From contig NC_134469.1 in assembly GCF_964194025.1 (NCBI RefSeq), positions 82,088,001 to 82,152,000 of the forward strand: 64,000 nucleotides of DNA. Reading direction: 5' to 3'. The translations under genes and the position numbers were made by a program. Source of the DNA: Convolutriloba macropyga. Its lineage: Eukaryota. The notes beneath the pieces were generated by a model. It saw only the letters and a list, made by a program, of their open reading frames with translations, searched no databases and had not been told where the DNA came from. Position 1 is the first letter of the stretch; each line of letters starts with the position of its first letter. Positions 28,034 to 40,779 of this stretch are shown piece after piece.

Positions 28034-28622
28034 GTGTAAGCTATACAAAAAAATCGCAAATTAAAGTATCCTATGCAAAATCCATAGACTGTTATGACAT
28101 TGGGTAAAATGTGATGTAACAAACTTAGCAATTACAATTTTTGAAGTCTTATAACGCTTAAAAAACGAAAGAGCTTATTCATAAACAAAGTGTTATCAGT
28201 AAGTACAACTCAAACTCTCGCACAAAGGATAAAACAAACGGCCATGCTTCAGTACCTCTAATGAAGCCTTTAGGTCCCAGATTAAAAATTTATTAGTCGA
28301 CGGGACATAAATTGAAAGGAATTCGATATCAGAGACGTTGCTCTATACGCTGCTACAGTAGTATAAACTGTGGAAAAATGTAACTTATCCATACCTGTGT
28401 TTGAATGCGACGAATTTCGTCATTAATCAAAGTAAAATTAAGCGAAAAAGACACACCGTCAATTTATTACCTCAAATCTGCTACTTTGAATTTCTATTTC
28501 ATTATTTACCAGCCGAAATAAGTACATTCATTGTCAGTTTCAGTAATGAACTTAATTTTGAACTACGTAGAAATTGAGTTCGCGATAAGAGAAGGGGCAA
28601 TAATTATATGCACTAAGATACG

Positions 28623-28783
28623 GGTCTTTCCTATTATATCCCACTATGAAATTATAGCCCCCAAATTATGGTATATTATTATTATTATTTTGGTGGTGGG
28701 GGGGGGTGTGTTGGGCTATACCATTACGCTCCATACCTCCATGCCCACTAAGTAAGGGAAAGAAGGAATAATGGGAAAGAACA
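28623..28783. mobile_element. MITE family M2 copy (TIR ggtctttcc(c)attata)
   Basis: ggtctttcctattata ... taatgggaaagaac; relatives at 38228-38348, ~36543 and ~18322. Confidence 0.55.
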
Positions 28784-28832
28784 GAAAAAAACTCGCCACA
28801 AGAAAACATTTTTAATAAACCTGATGAAAAAT

Positions 28833-28962
28833 GGAATCTTTTCCGCTTGTGCCCCCCCCCCCCCGAAGAACGAGAAATAGTTTTTAAAAGTGATTTACTA
28901 TGTGATGGCAACTGCTCTGTCACTAGGAGGTGCATAACTTACTGGACAAACGGAAAAGATCC
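28833..28962. mobile_element. MITE family M1 copy
   Basis: TIRs ggaatcttttccgcttgt / acaaacggaaaagatcc. Confidence 0.7.
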
Positions 28963-31619
28963 AAAACAAGTCGGACTTAATTAAAAACGTTCGCAAATCA
29001 AGGTAGTGAGATAACAATTTACGCAAAAGATTCATGCATTAATCTTGCTGCATAAGATTAAGGCACTCATAATCGCTTCCACTAAATGGGAGTACAAGGT
29101 GATTCAAATGAAATATCGTCAGAATATTCCGACAAAGCCGACACTCCTGCAACTTACAGCTCCCGTTATGAAATCAAAATCAGTCTTCACACCCTTTGGT
29201 TTCGGATCCAAAAGTAGACAGGAAAAAAAACCCACGGAATAAAACCCCCACCTGGCTGCTAAAAAGCTGTGCATTGGATCATACCCCGCGAGCCATTGCC
29301 TTGCCATAGCGGCCCGTGGACATTAAAACTATCACAACCGATCAAACTTTTTACGACCGAAGTTCATTGTTAAGTTAGCATGGGCTTATCAGGCTCAAGT
29401 GGTAGTTTTTGCTCTAGTAATTTTTTGTTCTCCATCTATTCCAAGTAGAAAACTATGAAAGCGTTCGAAAGCAACATAAGTCAATTTGAGGGGTCCGGAA
29501 TTCGGTTTTCTTCAACGATTTATTGGTGTTATAATCCTGTCAACTCTGCCCCGTACAAATAATCCTGTCCCCTTTTTCCTAAGACAAATAAAATAGTCAA
29601 TGCCTTCAATTGATTAAACTCACGAGGCTTTCTGAAATTAGCATATTTCGCGTTGTTACTTTGTTCCGATCTGAATACTAAGTCTGAATTGACACACTTG
29701 CAGAAAATTTTGCATGCTCAATCCCGCTAAATTCTAGTAACAATAAAGAATTGGAGACTTGAATAGTGTTTCATTTTCCAAAATTGTGATCTATTATTTT
29801 ACGCTGATTAGGCTCCAAAAAATAAGGTACGCTTTTTGTAAAAATTGAACAAATCTTTTAAAAACAAAAAACTACTTTCCAAGTTCTTTTTTTAATTTTA
29901 ACCTTCCGGACAATAGCGCATTGTTAATGACTTTCCAACGCTGTGAACAAACACGGCTCAGAGTGACCTTCGAGACAAAATTACTGAAGGACAACTTATG
30001 CTATCCATGTTCATATAAGACGTGAACAAAAATTTTTCCTGACGCAAGGAAACCTTTGCGCGAAGACCAAAGTACACATTTTCAAAATATCAGCTCGAAG
30101 AAAAGACCAAATCTCCGCTCAATTAGCAGCTAATCAATATTTTTAAGCCGACTTGTTAACTGCAGGAGTGTTGCGCTTATTCTGTGCTAAGACGGAAACA
30201 CTAAAGCATCACCATTGAAGGATTCTCCTGAAAACATAACCCGACCAACGTCTGCCGAATTGCTCTCGAACAACAAGTGGGACAATTTGAATCATAAGAG
30301 GGGGGAGGGGGAGGGGGGGGGGGTTTGAGGCCTAGATAACTTCATGTATTGTTCAGGATTAGCAATAACGTATGAGCGGAGACCCAGCAAAGTTCCTGGC
30401 AAGTGAAGCAGTACATGTTTGAACTGCTTCGCTCTATGGTTGCGAAAGATCACTCAAACAGGGTCGTATTTTCATTCCAGAGATAATAACATCCAGAACT
30501 CCCTCGACAATCTGCTCGTCAAAGTCTGTGAAGGTTAAGAGGAAACATATTTTCACACCATACAAGGTGAAACGTTTGCCGACTGACACGTCACAACTCA
30601 GTACGATTCCCAGCATTAAAACAAACCAAAATCTGAATTTCCAAGGTATAACTAGAAACATTAAAGCAGTGCAGACAACTACTACAAGACAAAAAAGCGT
30701 CTGTCATACTATAAAAATGATTCTTTTGATTATAGTCATTAATTAATCTTACTTTCTGTACGTTTTATTTTTTGGATTAGGACTATAATCTGCGTTTACC
30801 CGTAGGAGTGGAAAAATCACCACTGGTAAATATTTGCATTTTAATTTCAAAATTAGACAAGCTTTAATTTGAAGCATATTTTACAAACCCCAAACGTTAA
30901 AATCGAAAACCAAAAGGTGAAGCATCTAAACCATCAACAGACGACAGACACATCTTTCCAGCATGAAAAGAGATTTGTTGCTTTACTACTCAAGCCTGAA
31001 ACTAGATTTCAGCCTCAAGGTTTTCTAATCAACTCCTGTTGCCATAACATTAGTTGAATAACTCGTAGATGAAAAAACTTTTAAAACCCGTTGAGTACAA
31101 GAAAAATTTCAAAAACTCAGCACTACGTTAGCATACTGCGCTCCTCGGCAATTTTTTGTGAACCATACACTGAGCTCAGTAAGGCTTTACGATAGCTTCT
31201 TAGAGTCTTAATGCTCTCGGGCTTCCCCATTTTATCCTGTTTCTTGCAACAATTTTTAGGCAATTTTTGTAATCAGAACAAAGTTGATTTAAAACAAACA
31301 GGGTTGTTATTGATACCTCTAAGCTGTACGAACATTCGCTTCACCTCAGAATTAACAGCGGTAACAGAAATGCGGTGATTTTCTTTACTTGTTCTGAGAA
31401 ACGCAAAGCTATCAAGTGTTAATCATCAAACAATCACTAGATTTACCAAGATTAACAAATACAACCTGACGACTCGCTCTGAAATCAAATCGCGTAGACA
31501 AAAAATTGTTGAGACCAAAAACATTGAAATAAAACCCTTCGAGCGCAATTAAAAACTCAATGAATCAAAGCTGCTGAAATTGGTCTTTCAGATGTATATA
31601 TTAAATCTGTCACAGAAAA

Positions 31620-33860
31620 CAGTATGACAATGCTTAAATTTGATTGGTTGAAAAATGTTGTGCAAAAAAACTTATAACATGTCCCACTCCACTGCTGTTC
31701 ATTTGCTTCACTAAACTTAAAAAATCCAAATGCAGAAAACAGGACGTGTTTACAGCACCTGAGCATGGAATAGAACTAAGCACAAACTAATGAAAAAAAC
31801 TTTATTAGAATCGTAAATGCACCGATAAATCAGTCTTCAAAGGGCTAACGACTCAGCAAAAACACCGGCCTATCATCCTTTAAAAAAAATTATAATAGCC
31901 ACAGAAGGAGGAGAATTGTCAAATGGCCACAGAGATGTTGAAGGCTCTTTAAGTACAAATGTTTCTAAAGAAAATGATATAGAAGTAAACGAGTTTGCGC
32001 AATCATCATAAGACGAATTTGAATTGATCAGATAAACGCCGAACCACAAAATACCCCGGTGTTCAATACCCTAAATGCATCGGGCAAACCCGCAACGGGG
32101 CAAGCCTTAGAAAACTTAATGGCAGCCGGAATACCAATCCAAGTAGCACAACCAGAGCACCAGCGCCCGGAGAGCAAACAGTACTCTCGATACAGAAGAG
32201 GAAACCACAAATGCTACAAAAAACACAAAAACGTAACGCAATAACGGAAGCCAAACAGCCCGAGGATACAGGAAAAGAAACACCCGAGGAAGTCTACACG
32301 GTTTCAGACTAAATCTGATACGGAACGTCGAAACATACCCGGCAGATTGCCGGAAAATAGCCGCCGTTGATTCCCATAACTCGACTGTTTTTTGTATAAA
32401 AACATCAGTGCGATTTATTTTGATGCTATTTCGTAATTGCACATACTCCTGTCTCTCAATGAGAGGCTACAGGGTCTAGTACCAATACCAATGAGCATTA
32501 TAGATAGTAACTAAAACTTACGAGAACAAAGTTTCTGACTTTGATTTTTTTATACTGACTCTCCTCATTTTGAATTGCTTTGCTGAGCAGCTGCTGTTTA
32601 AAAGGACTTTCAGCAGAATGACAGAAGAGTGAAACTAGCCTAGAGAAGTCAAAAATATTTCACGCAAAATGTCGAAAAAGCGGCAAAATAAGTAAAGCGA
32701 AAAAAAGTTCGACGAAGTAAAAACAACATAGCAGGACAACTCCTGACGTACAATTCAATGAATTTTGATTGACTAAACAGAAAACTAGACCAAGAACGGA
32801 CTATGAATGGATTGGCAAAACCATTTAGAAAAAAAAATCCGATCCAAAAAATCGAAAAAACTAAACATCAAAGTGAAATTGCCGCATGTGAACAAAAAAA
32901 CCACTAGCGAGAAAGCGAATTTTTGTTCAAACACCGTTTTCTCACTCTACTTTGAATTTAGAGCGAAAAAATTTCACGGCGCAAAACCACTCGCTTTCTC
33001 GCTCCACTTCCTATTTCGGCGTGACCAAAATCACTACTCCCATTTGACTTCAAAAATCATGAAAATGTGTGAACAGATCTTTAAAAAAAGACAGCGCCCC
33101 AATACAATTCAAATTCTTTGAATTGTAAAAAATAGGAGCGCTATAATAGCCGGATGAGAAGATGAGGGCGGCTATTAATAATTCATCTAAATCTAAGTCA
33201 CTTAACATCTAAATCAATAATGTTTTTGACTGCATCCGTACTATGCCTGCCACAACCAACACGAACATCATCGCCAAATTTGGACCGTTGAAAGATCCAC
33301 AATTTCAAAATTTCCAAAAGGACAGATGTGGCTTCGTAATGGCAGAAACTGACAAAATCTTCAACACGAAATGTATTCATCCGACAACACACAGCAGTGG
33401 CATTCAGAAGCTGTACCTCCTCGCAGTCATCGACAGAGACAACAGCATTTAAACAGACACCAAGAAACAAGCACATCGTCGCTGATCTCGAATAATCTTT
33501 CCCCATAATCACAAGATCAAAGGTTCGAGGTCCATCGCCTCCGCTTTTTCTGAAGAGCCGTAATATGACAATGCTAAAATTTGATTGGTTCAAAAATGTC
33601 GTGCTAAAAAATTCATAGCATGTCTGATACTTATGATTCACTAATCATCACGCTGCAGTTCACTTTCTTCAATAATCTTAAATACAAATCTTTATGCAGC
33701 AAACAACGGTCTCACCGGACCTGTGCTCGGAATAGAACTTTAATAAACCTTCAATAGAAAGGTAAATGCACCGATAGCAGTCTTCTAATAACTTACCACC
33801 TAGCAAAAACACTGACATATCAATTTATAAAAAATAAAATAGCCACAAAAAGAGGAGAGG
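31620..33860. repeat. ~280-bp dispersed direct repeat (31620-31910 and 33560-33860)
   Basis: Both copies begin atgacaatgct.aaatttgattggtt and share gtaaatgcaccgata..cagtcttc..agcaaaaacac. Confidence 0.7.
32339..33178 (-). mobile_element. HINE family 2 (Helentron/DINE-like) full copy
   Basis: Hairpin ccggca-gat-tgccgg plus subTIR aatagccgccg at one end; short IR aatagccg plus ggcggctatt-aa at the other. Confidence 0.75.
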
Positions 33861-33887
33861 TATCATGAACAGTTACCATTACACTTC

Positions 33888-34047
33888 GGATATTTTTTCG
33901 CCAACATCCTCCCTCCACCAGCTTAGTAGGCATTGAAATTGTATGCCCCCCGTGCTATTGTTTACTTAGTAACGTGCAATCTAACAACGCCTAAACGGTA
34001 ACTGGGGGCATAAAAAACACTGGTGGAGGGGGCACAACAATAGATCC
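33888..34047. mobile_element. MITE family M1 copy with a perfect 8-bp TSD (Merlin-like)
   Basis: tacacttc|GGATA...AGATCC|tacacttc; GG termini with an 8-bp TSD are characteristic of Merlin/IS1016. Confidence 0.85.
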
Positions 34048-37000
34048 TACACTTCTTGGCTTCTGTGCGTCACAACACGAGTAACAGACGCCCACCAAAT
34101 ACGTCGAGCATTTTTAAACTGTGTTCGAATCTGCTCTGTCCCAAACATCGTTCAAGAATATAGATGGAAGTCTTTTTGAAAAAAGGAACTGATAGAACAT
34201 TTAATTAATATGGTCCAATCTCAGTACAATAAACAGTAATACGTTGTTGAAAATGTACAAAGTTAAGAGTTAGAGATAAAGTGATACAAACAAACTACTA
34301 GGCACCGCAATGAGATTAAGAATGCAATCTAGAAGCAGAACTTGGAGGAACTGCCCCCCCCCCCCTCCCCCGGTAGATTATGACCTTCTTAATTTGAAAC
34401 TTTACCCTCTCATGAGGCTATATAATCCATGTTCTTTGCAAAAATGGTATTTATCTGTTCACATGGCGTCTATTCGCACATAGCAATTAAAACAAAAAAT
34501 TTTGTTCCCATGGGGGGGAAGATACAGTTCCCGGTACTCAAAAGCCGCTCGAGAAGCAATCACAGTTCAGGTGTTACAAGGAATTTTTTTTTTTTTGAAA
34601 CCCCAGAAACTACCCAGAGCATTTAAGTCACAAAAAGTCGACCAAAAGTATCGTCATTTTAAATTCTTAAGACAGTCAAGCCATTCTTATAGATTATCCT
34701 GTCTCATCTTCCTTCTAGAATATTCTGTGCCATTCGTTCTTTATTGATCTCGAGCGTGCAAAGAGTGAAGAGGTGGTGTTACAAATATCTCTCAAAGAAT
34801 AAAAATAACTAACAAATGCACAGGCAGACACACCTATGATTCAATGTGCAATAATCCCTTTTACTAATTTGTAAAATTCAATTCACTAATTTGATTGTAG
34901 CGATGGATAAGAAAGGTGGATAACGGCGGTGTGTCAGATAGCCGAAAAATTAATTAAGTCCCGAAAATTACATCTAAAAATGTAATATGATTAGTCACAT
35001 TTTTTTCGATAGTGATAGATTCATTTCAAGTCCAACGGGCCAATGAGGCCAAATGAACTAAAATTACAAAAAAAATTAATCTTATATTTTTAGGGAGCTG
35101 TTTTTACTTAAAGCATCCATTTATTTTCGCTCTATTTTGGCCAAAATGATAAGAATTCAGTTCCAAAGCCGGCAATTAAATTGCTTGGATAAATTTCTTT
35201 TATTTTCGGCTATCTGAGCGCACACAGATGGATACGATACAGACAGTGAAGTATACGTATGCATAACTATTTCTACGTAATCTCCACTCGTCTAATCTAT
35301 CTAAACTACCTTTGTATTAATTAATTAAATATCAGTTGATAGTTGCTAGTAAATAATTATCTCTTGTTAGCAAAAAGCATCCACAAGCATACGCAAAAAA
35401 TACCAAAAAGCCGTTCCCTGCACTTTAAATGGTTACATGACAGTTTACCCAACGCAAAAAATGCCCAATGTACAAAAATATCACATGCTATAATACATAT
35501 TTATTCCCTTTGATCTTTATGTTTAATAGTCCCATTAAAAATTAGCAGTTTGCATAACATGTTCTCTCGTATTTAAGCGGATAATTTGACCTCATGTTCG
35601 GCTGTCATAGTTTCATTTCCTATTATATCTCATTTCTGATCATTTTTACTATAAGGTAAAATATTGGGTACATTTCGACAAAATGTAGGGTTATTTTGGC
35701 ATTGGGTATTTTTGCCCTGAGACCACTTGAGATATCTGTTGTACGTGAGTTGCTCTATGTTAATAACGGTTCCGTAAATATTAGCCGACTGAAAAATTAG
35801 CCCTAAAATGGTCAATTCTACAATCAACCAACGCATACAGTAAATCCACTAGTCTGTTACCGACGGCCATCTTGCAAGAATCAGATAAGGTTCTTGCAAG
35901 ATAGCGGTCGAGTATGCAAGAATCTTGCAAGATAGGAATCCGAGTTGGACTAAGGTGTTCTCAATTCCACTAACTTGCTATAAATTACCACGGAAAGTAC
36001 TTGATGCGACTAAATTAATTTAATATTCGGTTGTGATAATTTCAGATCATGTCCCACAGGCCGATGAGGATTGGCCGCAACTCAAAAAAAAAATAGAAAC
36101 GGACTATTTACCCGATCGGATGCTTGGTTACAGCATATAACTGTCCTGCTTGGTCTTAACCATGTCTCTCCGCCCGCAACTAAAAACTTTAAATATGAAG
36201 TTTGATAAATTTTTAATATGAAGTTTGACTCTAATTTTGACTTTTACGGCTAATCTTCAATTCTGCTAATATTCCGGACACCGTAATTTGAATTAACTTT
36301 TGACAATTAATATTAAAGTACTACATTCAGATGCATGTTTAGGGTAGGTGGTACAGCCTCATCCAACGCTGTAACAGTGCTTGATATTCTTGGAAAAAGC
36401 AAAAATAATTTTGGATTCATAATTGATAAATTTCATTTTTCAAATTTGACAAGCTGAAATGTTAACAGATTCCACACTCAAGAAATGATTATAATCAAAT
36501 TTGTTCACCGATTAAATTTTGAAGCATTATGTGCTGTTTTGGGGTCTTTACCATTATAGCCCCCCCCCCCCCCCTCTCTGTTCACCTCCCAATTTTACCG
36601 GTCATATAACGTAAATCCCATAATTGGAAGCCATGATTTAGTTAGTAGCTTGGAGAGGGGGAGGGGGTACTAATGTCAATTTCGGCTACCTTAAATAAGT
36701 CGATTGAACGTCACTTCGCATGACTTTTGGACAAGATTTTTGAAGTTCATGAAGTAAATAGCTTCAAAATTTGTAATAAAACAAAACTTTAGTACAAAAT
36801 ACATCAATCTTCAACCAAGAGGAAAGAGTAAGCTACGCAAATGCAAATACATAGTACAGTCCATTTTTCGAAGCATTCAAATTCTTCTCATAATACAAAG
36901 AACACTTAACTATGGGGTAATACGATGTCGGGTTGACGAGCCAGATTTGGGGGGTAGTGGGTAAATCGGTGTTGCAAAATGTCCGGCTATATCAACAGAA

Positions 37001-37157
37001 AATGCCATCTGAAGCAATTGCCGGCTTTCTTCTTTCTGTTTTAACATAATTTGATCATACAAAATCAGCCCTGATATATTTGTCGTTATTTGTTGAACTG
37101 AGATGAGATCCATGAAAGTTTCTGTCCTAATTTCCTGGGTAATTTTTGTTCGAATTC

Positions 37158-37255
37158 CTATTCGTCCTTCTTTTCTTCGTCGCCTTTGTTCATAGCATCG
37201 TGGATCATCTTCTCAGTGGCAGCCTTGGCTCCAAGATCGGCTGCCAAGTGGGCTC
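37158..37255 (-). CDS. REEP5: REEP5/DP1/Yop1-family ER-shaping protein, last coding exon
   Basis: Acceptor tgtgtttaag; phase 1 matches the previous exon; (G)AHLAADLGAKAATEKMIHDAMNKGDEEKKDE* with a C-terminal KKxx ER-retrieval motif. Confidence 0.8.
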
Positions 37256-37288
37256 CTTAAACACAGGAAACTCATTTATAAACGCAAA

Positions 37289-37845
37289 CCGGCTAACGTC
37301 GGACACATTGCTCTCGAACAATATGCCGGGCAAATTAATTCAGAAGTTGCTGTAGCAAAGAAGAGTTTTTCTTTATGGGTGAAAAAATCCGACTAGACAG
37401 GGATTCAAACCCGCGACCTTCTAAGTAGACTGTAGGACTTCAAACCCGCTAGACTGTAGCACTTACCACTCAACAGCTTTTATTTTTGCAACGCAGATCA
37501 AATTTCACAAAAAGCAAGGATCTATTCTGTTTCGCCCCCCCTCTCCCCCAGTGTGTTTTATGACACCCAGTTACAAATTATATGTTGTTATATAGCACGT
37601 TACTATGTAAGAAAATAGCGCGTGCGCCTGGGGGTCATAAAAGATTTATGTTATCTAAGCTGGGGGGGATGGCGAAATAGAATAGATTCAATAGGAATTT
37701 AGGTCAAGCGAAAAATCGAGAAGTCAAGAGTGAAAAGGTCACTCAAGAAGTAAAATCGAAAGAATCTTCTGGTAGAAAACAGTCAAGCAAAAAAATTGCA
37801 CACATGTTTACAATAATTACTTAAAACGTCGTTCGAGGGCAATAA
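37289..37845 (-). mobile_element. HINE family 1 full copy with tRNA-like cassette; MITE M1 nested at 37518-37689
   Basis: Hairpin ccggctaacgtcgg; subTIRs ttgctctcgaac / gttcgagggcaa; B-box-like gggtttgaatccc on the minus strand. Confidence 0.75.
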
Positions 37846-38227
37846 AAATATATACCTGACAATGAATACTCGGTTACTTAAGACAAGCAGGTCAATTATA
37901 TTATACAATAAACTGGATATCAAGTCAAGAGTCTAGACCATAGCTTAAATTAAACATCGATTACGACCAATTACTGTCGACAGAGATATAACTTGTGCTC
38001 TCCTTACTTACTGTTGTCATTGAATTGAAGAGTTAATTTAGCAAATAACAGGAAAAAAGCTTAAACTTTAATTTACAGCTACATTGCACATTAAATTTAT
38101 TTTTTAAATTGAAAATTTAACAAATTTTTTTTATTGCAACACAAAACTATGTGCTGCTCGTCACTAGAAACAAATTTCACCTTCAGCTCACCCAATCAGT
38201 TTCCAATTGAAACTAAGTTTTTTTGGG

Positions 38228-38348
38228 GGTCTTTCCATTAAAGCGCCTCGACCCTAGTACTCGTATAACATATACCCCTCCCCCGGCATGGTAAACACAT
38301 CATAATGTGGACCATAATATCTTGGGAAAACCTATAATGGGAAAGACC
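38228..38348. mobile_element. MITE family M2 copy
   Basis: TIRs ggtctttccatta / taatgggaaagacc. Confidence 0.65.
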
Positions 38349-38408
38349 GTTTTTTTCCTATTTTCTATTCCAACTCAAAAAGAATAGCCTGCAATTAGCA
38401 AACATAAA

Positions 38409-38805
38409 CCGACAAATGACGGAAGAATTGCTCTTGGACGACAGGCAAGGCAATTTAATTCAGGGGCTGTAGCATAGATCAATTTTTCTTTATGGGTGCA
38501 AAAAAAACTTTCCCTGACCGGGATCCGAACCGAAATCCCAATCCACAGCCACACCCACTAACCACTGCGCTACAAATCACTTGCCTCTTCTATTCTGCAA
38601 CCGATTTTACTTTAGCAACAAGCTTTACTTCAGAAAGCGAACAATAGAGATCACTCAACAATGAAGAACGAAAGCGTATAAAAGTCACTTGAGAAGTCAA
38701 AGAATGTTCTAGAAGAAAAGCGCAAAATTGTCAAGAAAAAAATTTGCATAAAAAAGACACACACGTTTACAATAATTGCTATGAACTTCGTTCAAGAGCA
38801 ATTAA
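38409..38805 (-). mobile_element. HINE family 1 full copy with tRNA-like cassette (38511-38573; GTG in the loop)
   Basis: Hairpin ccgacaaatgacgg; subTIRs ttgctcttggac / gttcaagagcaattaa; minus strand TAGCGCAGTGG...GGTTCGGATCC then T8. Confidence 0.8.
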
Positions 38806-39228
38806 ACATACACAAGGGACTGATTTTATCTTGTCAATATAGTGAGAAGAAACAGGTTGCCCAAAACAGTTTACAAGCAAACTGCGATGAAACTGCTTGG
38901 ATCTGCGACAATATAAATCACAACGGGGAACATTAACACAAAAAGGCTAAAATTTTGTCACAGAAAGCGTTCCACAGTTTGACAAATTTCAAGTGAAACA
39001 TTTAATGTGGATCCAAAAGATTTTAATCTCAAAAATGTAAATTAAATAACCACTTGGTTGTTACAAGCTGTAATATTAAAAATTGAAAAAAAATCATTTG
39101 AAAAATTTTTTCGATACAAAAACACTTAGGTTCGGTTTATTTCTTTCTGAAAAATAGCGCTAAGATTAAATTTAAATCCAGTAACTCTTTTGTCTATTGG
39201 AAATTGTTCGTGACTTATAAGCTGACTT

Positions 39229-39297
39229 AAGAACAAGTTTAAGGGAAAAAAATAAGAGAGGAAATCTCTCTTATTTTTTCCCCTTAAACTTGTTCTT
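39229..39297. repeat. 32-bp inverted repeat with a 5-nt loop
   Basis: aagaacaagtttaagggaaaaaaataagagag-gaaat-ctctcttattttttccccttaaacttgttctt; one mismatch. Confidence 0.95.
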
Positions 39298-39954
39298 CTT
39301 TTAAGAGCTTTCTTATTACCATTGGAGGCTTAATCCACCTACGAATTCAGTTTCTAAAAATTGAGCTGTTACTCCATTTAGACTTATTTCAGACCTAGTT
39401 ACAATAAAACAGAGGAATTCTTTTTTTACAAATTCAGCAATCCAGATTTCAAATTACCAAGGAGGGACTTGGAAAAACAATCTCCGAGAACCATTCCAAA
39501 AGGGGGGAAATCGGCGAAAAATAGACGTCAAATGGAGGCACATAAAAATGACGTCAATGGCCATTTCTGTTCTAGGCTTGGGTTTAACTGAAATCATCGC
39601 CCTAAATGTGACCTCTTGTTGACTTCAAACGAATAGAATTGTGAAAACCACTTAACTTAACACCTTTTTGAGTAAAAAAAAAACAAAGAAGAAGACCTAC
39701 ACGAATGTTTAAAACTGTTTTGAGTGGAATTCACCAATTTGATCCAAACCCCCACTCTTAAACCGAACTAAAAAAGACGATATTTTAGTGCAAAATTCCA
39801 CACTCATAAAGCTAGCTGCCAGATAAAATTTGGCTGACAGGGCAAAAAACAGGAAAACAATTCTTCCAGAGCTGATTTAACGGTATATCTTTGATGCTAT
39901 GTGCTTGTAAGGAACATTAATGGTACTTGAAGGTATTACAGCCGTAAACAAAAG

Positions 39955-40779
39955 CGACTAACGACGGACGAATTGCTCTCTAACCACTGCAGACTCTATC
40001 ATTGCAGTCTGCTACAAGCTAGCATAGTTACTACAGGTCAATTAAAAATTGCATATATAATTTGACTTCTGAGTTCAGCTAAAAAAAAATTTGAAGGGGA
40101 GAGCCATTTAGATCACACAAAACTCAAACAGCCCATGAAATAAAAGTCAATGAAACGTAAAACTGGTCAGACAAAAGCTTTGCACGAAAAAAACACGCGG
40201 CTACAATAATTGCTTCTAACTTCCGAGATCAATTAAACATACATTCAACATAGACCGACAAAAGTCGGGTGAATCGCCCTCAAACGAGTTGCTACAGGGC
40301 AAACCATAAGGGTGCATGGGCTAGAGAAACTTTTTTGGTGGTTGAAACGTATGACTGTTGAGGGATTAAAACTCGAGGATCAGATTCGGGGATATTAACC
40401 TCGGCGCTAAAAGGGCTATGAATGTCAACAGTTCAAAATCAATTTTACTTTATCAATAGACTTAATTTCTGAATGCGCTCAATTCAAATCAGCAAAACAA
40501 CAAAAGTCGGAAAAACTTCTGAGGGGGCCAAACTTTTGATTTAAGAACAGCCTTCACGCCAAACTTTTTCTTCAAAAGAGTTTTGGTGAATGACATTCTT
40601 AGAGTATAGTAAGGCTTAGGGCTCCAAGAGAGCTTAAAGACCTCCAAGCGCCACTTGTTTATCCCATTTTTGGGGACGAAAAGACAAATGGGTCAGACGA
40701 AAAATTGGTCAGGCGAAATATTGCACAAAAAAGACCAAAGGACTAAAATTTGGTACAAACTTCGTTTGAGAGCAATTCA
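39955..40779 (-). mobile_element. Two head-to-tail HINE family 1 copies (39955-40236 and 40255-40779)
   Basis: Hairpins gcgactaacgacgg and ccgacaaaagtcgg; termini ttccgagatcaattaa and gtttgagagcaattca. Confidence 0.65.

Larger units (their letters stand above)
25706..34171 (-). pseudogene. Probable decayed multi-exon protein kinase pseudogene
   Basis: Segments, most AG/GT-bounded, in kinase-subdomain order: 34171-33877 (SIYILERC, V; MITE inside), from 30525 (EQIVEGV..SDL, VI), ~29220-29160 (LLLDP..VKTDF, VII), 27793-27631 (VNLISPGC..KGQLPI, IX), 27182-27104 (LIGQLTLENYQERIPAEQCLEK, XI), 25792-25706; in-frame stops present. Confidence 0.4.

Noticed and set aside
36056-36085. Hammerhead ribozyme-like ccgatgag..ggccgcaac
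   Set aside because: The CUGAUGA and GAAA cores are both broken and the stems are missing
36910-37113. 67-aa ORF downstream of REEP5
   Set aside because: It falls in the expected 3' UTR and has no recognisable motif
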